Assembly (NCBI GenBank): GCA_036401495.1
Contig: DASWUV010000086.1
Coordinates: 396-64,395, forward strand
Reading direction: 5' to 3'
From: Pseudonocardia sp.
GTDB lineage: Bacteria > Actinomycetota > Actinomycetes > Mycobacteriales > Pseudonocardiaceae
Length of the DNA: 64,000 nucleotides
In this document: one piece after another, positions 58,831 to 64,000 of the stretch
Layout of the letters: the number at the start of each line of letters is the position of its first letter
Position numbering within the stretch: the stretch's first letter is position 1
Notes under the pieces: generated by a model
Database searches by the model: none
The model's input: the letters and a program-made list of their open reading frames with translations, nothing else
Told to the model about the DNA's origin: nothing
Translations under genes and position numbers: made by a program

Positions 58831-59531
58831 ATCGTCTTGCGGGCCTCGGTCAGCGCCTCGGTGGCCGCGGTGATCTGGGCGGGAGTGCCCGCGCCGATCA
58901 CCTGGTGGGCCGCCGCGTGCAGCTGGCCCAGCTGCTCGACGAGCGCTCCGGCGTCGTCATCGGCGTCGCGGCCGACGGACTCCCATACGGCGTCCAGTTC
59001 GGCGCGGTGCTCTTCGACGTAGCGGGTGCCCTCGTCGGTGAGGTGGACGACCTTGCGGCCGTCGGCCTGCTCGACGCGGACGAGTCCCTCGTCCTCGAGC
59101 TGCGAGAGCGTCGGGTACACCGAGCCGGGGCTGGGGCGCCAAGCCCCAGACGAACGCTCGGCGATCTCCTGGATGATCTCGTAGCCGTGGCGGGGCTGCT
59201 CGGCGACGAGGGCGAGCACTGCGGCGCGGATGTCACCGCGTGCGGTGCGCCGTCCTCGGCCGCGCGGGCCGCCGAAGCGACGGCCGAAGCCGGGGGGCAT
59301 GCCACCCGGGCCGAAGCCGGGTCCGAACGGCGGGCCTGCGCGGCGTGCGCGCCTGCCGCGGCCGCGGAAGCCCGCCTCATCGTCGTCGACGGGGCCTTCG
59401 AAGGGCGGCGGTGGCGGGCCCTCCGCGGACAGCATCTCGTCTGGACCGAAGGGCGGGCGGTGTCCATGCCGGCGCCACTGGCCGGGGCGTGGACCGAATC
59501 GGGGTCCCCATGGGGGGTTGTTGGCAGTCAT
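58809..59531 (-). CDS. PadR family transcriptional regulator with Gly/Pro/Arg-rich N-terminal extension
   Basis: Winged helix HGYEIIQEI ... SPGSVYPTLSQLEDEGLV. Confidence 0.8.
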   Translation of the reverse strand: MTANNPPWGPRFGPRPGQWRRHGHRPPFGPDEMLSAEGPPPPPFEGPVDDDEAGFRGRGRRARRAGPPFGPGFGPGGMPPGFGRRFGGPRGRGRRTARGDIRAAVLALVAEQPRHGYEIIQEIAERSSGAWRPSPGSVYPTLSQLEDEGLVRVEQADGRKVVHLTDEGTRYVEEHRAELDAVWESVGRDADDDAGALVEQLGQLHAAAHQVIGAGTPAQITAATEALTEARKTIYRLLAE

Positions 59532-59592
59532 GGTGTTTCTCCTTGGTTGGTTTCGAGCCTCCGACCTCGATAGTCTGAAGTAGCTCGTGTGC

Positions 59593-59612
59593 CATCACGA
59601 TATATCGCGATG
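59593..59612. promoter_or_regulatory. AT-rich imperfect palindrome CATCACGATATATCGCGATG, candidate PadR operator
   Basis: 9-bp arms match at 8 of 9 positions around ATAT. It is a locally AT-rich island about 60 bp upstream of the PadR start. Confidence 0.4.
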
Positions 59613-59679
59613 TGTCAGAAATCGATGTGATGCCGGTCACGTGCGTGGTTGTGCTCTTCGGAGACCCTGCGGCGGGTTG

Positions 59680-61284
59680 TCAGCCCTCGTGCCAGCGCGG
59701 CGACGTCGTGCGGGGCGGGGTCAGCCGGGCGTTCACGTGCACGAGATGCGGCCCATTGGCGGCAACACCCTTGGCGAGGGCGTCGGCCAGGCCGTCCCGG
59801 ATCGACCGCACGCCGGTGGCGGGCAGCCCGAAGGCGGCGGCCAGGCCGAGGAAGTCGGGCGTGACGAGGTCGACGCCCGAGGCCGGATCTCCGTTGCGCG
59901 CCTGGTCGTAGCGCAGCATGCCGTAGCCGAGGTCGTCGACGACGAGCACCGTCACCGGCAGGCGCTCCTGCACCAGCGTGGCGAGCTCGCCCAGCGCCAT
60001 GGCGATCCCGCCGTCGCCGCAGACGGCGATCACCGGGTGGCCCGCGGCGGCCGGACCGATGGCGGCGGGCAGCCCGAAGCCGAGCGTGCCCCAGCCCACG
60101 GGGTAGGCCAGCCTGCGCGGCGCGGGGGCGCTCGCATAGCCGCCGACCCAGTAGCCCGCGACGGCCATGTCGCACACGAGGACGGTCTCCGGGGTGCGAG
60201 CGGCGTCGACGGCCTGCACGAGCGCGATCGCCTCGGCCGTCGCGGGGTCGGCGGCGAGCCGCGCGTGCACCCGCTCCCGCAGGCTCTGCGGCGCCCACGG
60301 CGACCGAGCGGGCAGCCGGTCGCGCAGGCCGCGCAGGGCCTCCCCCAGCTGTCCGGTCACGGCGGCGTCCGGCGCCCACTCGGGCGGGTCGCCTGGATGT
60401 GTCGGGTCGATCGTGACCAGCAGGGGTGGGCGCGGCATGGTCCAGTTCCGGGTGTTCATCCCGTCGAGGTCGCCGCCGACGGCGAGCAGCACGTCGGCGC
60501 TCCCGATCAGCTCGGCCACCTCGGGCTCGTGCGGAGGCAGCCCGACGGCGGCGGGGTGCGCCGTCGGCGGCACGCCGCGACCGCCGAAGCTGTTCACGAC
60601 CGGCGCGCCGAGGTGTTCGGCGAGAACGGCGAGCGAGGGTTCGGCGTCGACGGCGCCCGTGCCCGCCCAGATGACGACGCGCGCCCCCGCGAGCAGCGCG
60701 GCCGCTGCGTCGAGGTCGGCCGCATCGGGCAGGAACTCCGACCACGGCGCCTCCGCCCTGCGCGAAAGGGCGACGGCGTCGTGGTTCAGCACGTCGGCGG
60801 GCACGTCGAGGTAGACGGGTCCGCGGGGGTGCAGCATGGCGGTGGCCAGCGCGGCGTCGAGCGCGGACGCGACCTCGGCGGTCGTGCGCGGCGTGAACAC
60901 CGCCTTGGCCAGTGGCGCGAAGAAAGCGGCCTGGTCACGCGACTCGTGCAGCACTCCGCGCAGCCTCCCCTCCCGCCGCAGCGCCTGCGGGATCTCCGAG
61001 GCCACGAGCAGGACCGGCGAGCGCGCCGCCGCGGCCTCGCCGAATGCGGCGACCGCGTTGGCCGCGCCCGGCCCCGTCGTGACGACGGCGGCGCCGAGCG
61101 TGCCGGTGGCGCGCGCCCAGCCGTCGGCGGCGTAGACGGCGGCCTGCTCGTGCCGCACGACCAGCGGGGCACGCTCGGGCGCGCGCCAGAACGCGAGGTT
61201 GTGCACCCCCGGCAGCCCGAAGACCGTGGTGGCGCCGTGCAGCGCGGCGGCATCGATGATGGACCGTGCCACGGTAGGACCCAC
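59680..61284 (-). CDS. Thiamine-diphosphate-dependent enzyme (acetolactate synthase large-subunit-like)
   Basis: N-terminal VFGLPGVHNL and the C-terminal ThDP motif GDGGIAMALGELATLV...N. Confidence 0.85.
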   Translation of the reverse strand: MGPTVARSIIDAAALHGATTVFGLPGVHNLAFWRAPERAPLVVRHEQAAVYAADGWARATGTLGAAVVTTGPGAANAVAAFGEAAAARSPVLLVASEIPQALRREGRLRGVLHESRDQAAFFAPLAKAVFTPRTTAEVASALDAALATAMLHPRGPVYLDVPADVLNHDAVALSRRAEAPWSEFLPDAADLDAAAALLAGARVVIWAGTGAVDAEPSLAVLAEHLGAPVVNSFGGRGVPPTAHPAAVGLPPHEPEVAELIGSADVLLAVGGDLDGMNTRNWTMPRPPLLVTIDPTHPGDPPEWAPDAAVTGQLGEALRGLRDRLPARSPWAPQSLRERVHARLAADPATAEAIALVQAVDAARTPETVLVCDMAVAGYWVGGYASAPAPRRLAYPVGWGTLGFGLPAAIGPAAAGHPVIAVCGDGGIAMALGELATLVQERLPVTVLVVDDLGYGMLRYDQARNGDPASGVDLVTPDFLGLAAAFGLPATGVRSIRDGLADALAKGVAANGPHLVHVNARLTPPRTTSPRWHEG

Positions 61285-61323
61285 CCGGCGAGCCTAACCG
61301 CGCCCTGCCCCCGCGAGCCTGCC

Positions 61324-61412
61324 CCCGCCCCGGGTGAGTCGTGCGTCCCGCCCCGGTGAGTCGTGCATCCCGCCCCGGTGAGTCGTGCAACCCGGCACGG
61401 CGAGTCCGGCGA
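61324..61412. repeat. Tandem 22-bp direct repeats (3 near-perfect copies plus 1 degenerate copy)
   Basis: CCCGCCCCGGTGAGTCGTGCnn at 61324, 61347 and 61369 (copy 1 has one extra G). The degenerate copy at 61391 matches at 16 of 22 positions. Confidence 0.75.
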
Positions 61413-61721
61413 TCGGACACGGCGCGTCGGCCGTTGCGACGCGGCGGCCTTCGATCTGATCGACTGCGCGTGCAGGTCATCCGCGTGCGCCACCGGCCGA
61501 CCGAACGGCGCCTCTGCAAGGTGGAGCTGAGCAGCGGGTGGCCCGCCGCCGCTCCGACAGTGTGCCCGTGGCCGAAGTCGGTCGATCGCTGTCGCCTGGC
61601 CCGTGGTCGGCAACCCGGCCTGCGCCATCGGCCAACTCAGCGTGCCGAGATGCCGGACTCACCCTGTTGGGGGCCTGCACCCCTCCCCGACGAAGTGCAC
61701 CCGCCGGGTTGCCGGGGGAAG

Positions 61722-62477
61722 TCAGGCGGTGCCCGCCCGAAGCACGCGGGACAAGCCCAGTGCGGCGGTGCGGACGGCGGGGGCCAGGCGGGCGGTGTCG
61801 AGCCGGTTGGCCCAGCCCGTGATCGAGATCGCGGCGACGGCGTGCGGTCCGCCGTCGCGCACGGGCGCCGCGACGCAGGCGATGCCAACCGACGACTCCT
61901 CGTGCTCCTCGGCCACCCCGCGCTCGCGGATGCGCGCCAGTTCGTCGGCCAGCAACCCCGGCGCGACCACCGTGCGCGGGGTCCGGCGCGTGAGCCCGGC
62001 AGCCACCACCGCGGCGAGCCGCTCCGGGGGCCCGAACGCCAACATCGCCTTCCCGACCCCCGTGCAGTACGCGGGCATCCGCCCGCCGACCCGCGAGCCG
62101 ATGCGCGGCCCGTGCCTGCCGGGGAGCTTCTGCACGTAGACGACGTCGACGCCGTCCGGGACGGCGAGGTGCACCGTCTCGTGGGTGGCCTCGAAGAGGT
62201 CGGCGAGGAACGGGGCGGCCGCCTCCCGCAGGCCGCGCTGCAGCGGAGCGAGCTGACCGAGCTCGAACAGCCCCATCCCCAGGCGGATCCCGCCCGATGT
62301 GCGCTCGACGACGTTCCAGAGGGCCAACTCGGCCAGGAGACGGTGCGCGGTGGGCTTGGGGATGCCGGTGCGCCGCGCCAGCTCGGCCAGCGTCAGCTCG
62401 GCGTCACCCGGTCGGAACGCGGTGAGCAGCGTCATCGTGCGGCCGAGTACCGAGTTGGGCGGATCGGACGGTCGCAT
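61722..62477 (-). CDS. IclR family transcriptional regulator
   Basis: N-terminal [25 protein letters not shown] and a C-terminal effector domain. Confidence 0.85.
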   Translation of the reverse strand: MRPSDPPNSVLGRTMTLLTAFRPGDAELTLAELARRTGIPKPTAHRLLAELALWNVVERTSGGIRLGMGLFELGQLAPLQRGLREAAAPFLADLFEATHETVHLAVPDGVDVVYVQKLPGRHGPRIGSRVGGRMPAYCTGVGKAMLAFGPPERLAAVVAAGLTRRTPRTVVAPGLLADELARIRERGVAEEHEESSVGIACVAAPVRDGGPHAVAAISITGWANRLDTARLAPAVRTAALGLSRVLRAGTA

Positions 62478-62545
62478 CTCACCAGCTTAAGCGGCCGGAC
62501 GTTTCGCTGGACGGAACGTGCGGGTGTTCGGGCACGGCCGCACCC

Positions 62546-63466
62546 GTGCACCCTCCCTGCATGAGTACCGACAAGGTGACGGCCGCGATCGTCGGCCCGG
62601 GCAACATCGGCACGGATCTGCTGGCCAAGCTCAGGCGGAGCGCGATCGTCGACGTCGCGTACATGGTCGGCGTCGTCGAGTCCGACGGCCTCGCCCGCGC
62701 CCGCGCCGCCGGGATCGAGGCGTCCGCGGACGGCGTGGACTGGCTCCTGCGCCAGGACCCCCTTCCCCAGATCGTCTTCGAGGCCACCTCGGCCACCGCG
62801 CACCAGGCCAACGCACCGCGCTACGCCGAAGCGGGCATCCAGGCGGTGGACCTCACGCCCGCGCACCTGGGCCCGATGGTGTGTCCGCCGGTGAACCTGC
62901 GCGAGCACGTCGCCGCGCCGAACGTCTCGATGATCACGTGCGGCGGGCAGGCGACGATCCCGATGGTCCACGCCGTCTCGCGCGTGACGCCCGTGCCGTA
63001 CGCGGAGATCGTCGCGTCCGTGGCCTCCCGGTCGGCGGGCCCCGGCACGCGGGCCAACATCGACGAGTTCACGCTCACGACGTCGCAGGCCGTGGCGGAG
63101 GTCGGCGGCGCGGCCCGCGGCAAGGCGATCATCATCCTCAACCCCGTCGAACCGCCGATGATCATGCGCGACACCGTCTTCTGCATGATCGGCGCCGACG
63201 CCGACGAGGCCGCGATCACGGCGTCGGTCCACGCGATGGTGGCCGAGGTCCAGGAGTACGTGCCCGGCTACACGCTGCGCGCCGAGCCCCAGTTCGACGA
63301 GCCGCGCCCCAACTGGCAGGGCAACGGTCGGGTGGCGGTGTTCCTCGAGGTCAAGGGCAACGGCGACTACCTGCCCCAGTACGCAGGGAACCTCGACATC
63401 ATGACGGCCGCGGCCGCCCGCGTCGGCGAGCTGATGGCGCACGCGAAATCAGGAGTGAGCGCATGA
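62546..63466 (+). CDS. Acetaldehyde dehydrogenase (acetylating), DmpF/MhpF type
   Basis: [12 protein letters not shown] Rossmann motif and the [11 protein letters not shown] catalytic Cys loop. Confidence 0.9.
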   Translation: MHPPCMSTDKVTAAIVGPGNIGTDLLAKLRRSAIVDVAYMVGVVESDGLARARAAGIEASADGVDWLLRQDPLPQIVFEATSATAHQANAPRYAEAGIQAVDLTPAHLGPMVCPPVNLREHVAAPNVSMITCGGQATIPMVHAVSRVTPVPYAEIVASVASRSAGPGTRANIDEFTLTTSQAVAEVGGAARGKAIIILNPVEPPMIMRDTVFCMIGADADEAAITASVHAMVAEVQEYVPGYTLRAEPQFDEPRPNWQGNGRVAVFLEVKGNGDYLPQYAGNLDIMTAAAARVGELMAHAKSGVSA

Positions 63467-64000
63467 GCGACATGCCGCAGATCCGCCACGACGTCCGCAT
63501 CACCGACACCACGCTGCGCGACGGCAGCCACGCCATGGCCCACCAGTTCACCGAGGAGCAGGTGCGCGTGACCGTGCATGCCCTCGACGCGGCGGGCGTC
63601 GAGGTCATCGAGGTCACCCACGGCGACGGGCTGGGCGGCAGCTCGTTCAACTACGGCTTCTCCGCCGAGGACGAGATCAAGCTGATCTCGGCGGCGGTGG
63701 ACGAGGCGACCCAGGCCGAGATCGCCGTGTTACTGGTGCCGGGCATCGGCACGATGGCCGACCTGCAGCGCGCCCACGACGCCGGTGCGCGGCTCGCGCG
63801 GGTGGCGACCCACTGCACGGAGGCCGACGTCTCGGTGCAGCACTTCGGGCTGGCGCGCAGCCTCGGCATGGAGACCGTCGGCTTCCTCATGATGGCGCAC
63901 AAGACCACCTCGGAGGAGCTCGCCCGGCAGGCCCGGATCATGGTCGACGCGGGCGCGCAATGCGTCTACTGCGTCGACTCCGCCGGGGCGCTGGTGCTCG
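63463..64000 (+). CDS. 4-hydroxy-2-oxovalerate aldolase, DmpG/MhpE type (3' end outside window)
   Basis: [12 protein letters not shown] and [12 protein letters not shown] motifs. The ATG overlaps the upstream stop. The frame is open to the window edge. Confidence 0.9.
   Translation, partial: MSDMPQIRHDVRITDTTLRDGSHAMAHQFTEEQVRVTVHALDAAGVEVIEVTHGDGLGGSSFNYGFSAEDEIKLISAAVDEATQAEIAVLLVPGIGTMADLQRAHDAGARLARVATHCTEADVSVQHFGLARSLGMETVGFLMMAHKTTSEELARQARIMVDAGAQCVYCVDSAGALVL

Noticed and set aside
61413-61721. A possible missing gene or pseudogene in the long gap between the IclR and ThDP-enzyme genes.
   Set aside because: No frame shows sustained GC3 bias or a plausible start and RBS. Track ORFs here (60786..61628, 61341..62564) are low-complexity and overlap real genes.
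59680-64000. The ThDP enzyme + IclR + acetaldehyde dehydrogenase/aldolase group, considered as a novel pathway.
   Set aside because: The DmpFG-type pair with an IclR regulator is the ordinary end of meta-cleavage or steroid-side-chain catabolic clusters. The cluster is truncated by the window edge, so nothing unusual can be argued.

Overview
This is a very GC-rich actinomycete chromosomal segment with strong GC3 bias. About 58 protein genes are supportable. By eye I found no rRNA, tRNA, CRISPR array, transposase or integrase. Most long ORFs in the six-frame track are antisense or out-of-frame GC artefacts. Real genes were picked by motifs, GC3 and start/stop coupling.

Gene content from left to right:
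- A sugar-utilisation locus: two LacI regulators with distinct perfect palindromic operators, an FGGY kinase, a LacD-type class I aldolase, a ribose-type ABC transporter and an SDR.
- A DUF202 pair, a DUF574 methyltransferase, a P450-like gene and an NCS1 permease.
- An HtrA-like protease followed by a MoxR-DUF58-VWA-VWA operon.
- An MFS transporter, TerD, an HIBADH-like dehydrogenase and an M13 peptidase.
- A compact three-gene WXG/T7SS-type polymorphic-toxin-like cassette.
- A NYN plus double OST-HTH protein and several small or Cys-rich hypotheticals.
- A HerA-SbcD(Mre11)-SbcC(Rad50)-NurA operon, followed about 1.5 kb later by recC-recB-recD.
- pgm, a 554-aa orphan, a quinone oxidoreductase, a serine hydrolase, PAC2, an MFS transporter, a ParA-like ATPase and PadR.
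- A ThDP enzyme, IclR, and an acetaldehyde dehydrogenase / 4-hydroxy-2-oxovalerate aldolase pair cut by the window edge.

Most interesting observations:
1. The archaeal-type four-gene DSB-resection operon sits next to RecBCD.
2. The orphan toxin/immunity-like cassette has a C-terminal domain I cannot name.
3. A family of about 76-bp nested-palindrome (CACACA/TGTGTG-armed) intergenic repeats has three copies here, one of them inside the herA-sbcD spacer.
4. There are 22-bp tandem repeats in front of the ThDP enzyme gene.

All functional calls rest on by-eye motif recognition and need profile searches to confirm.
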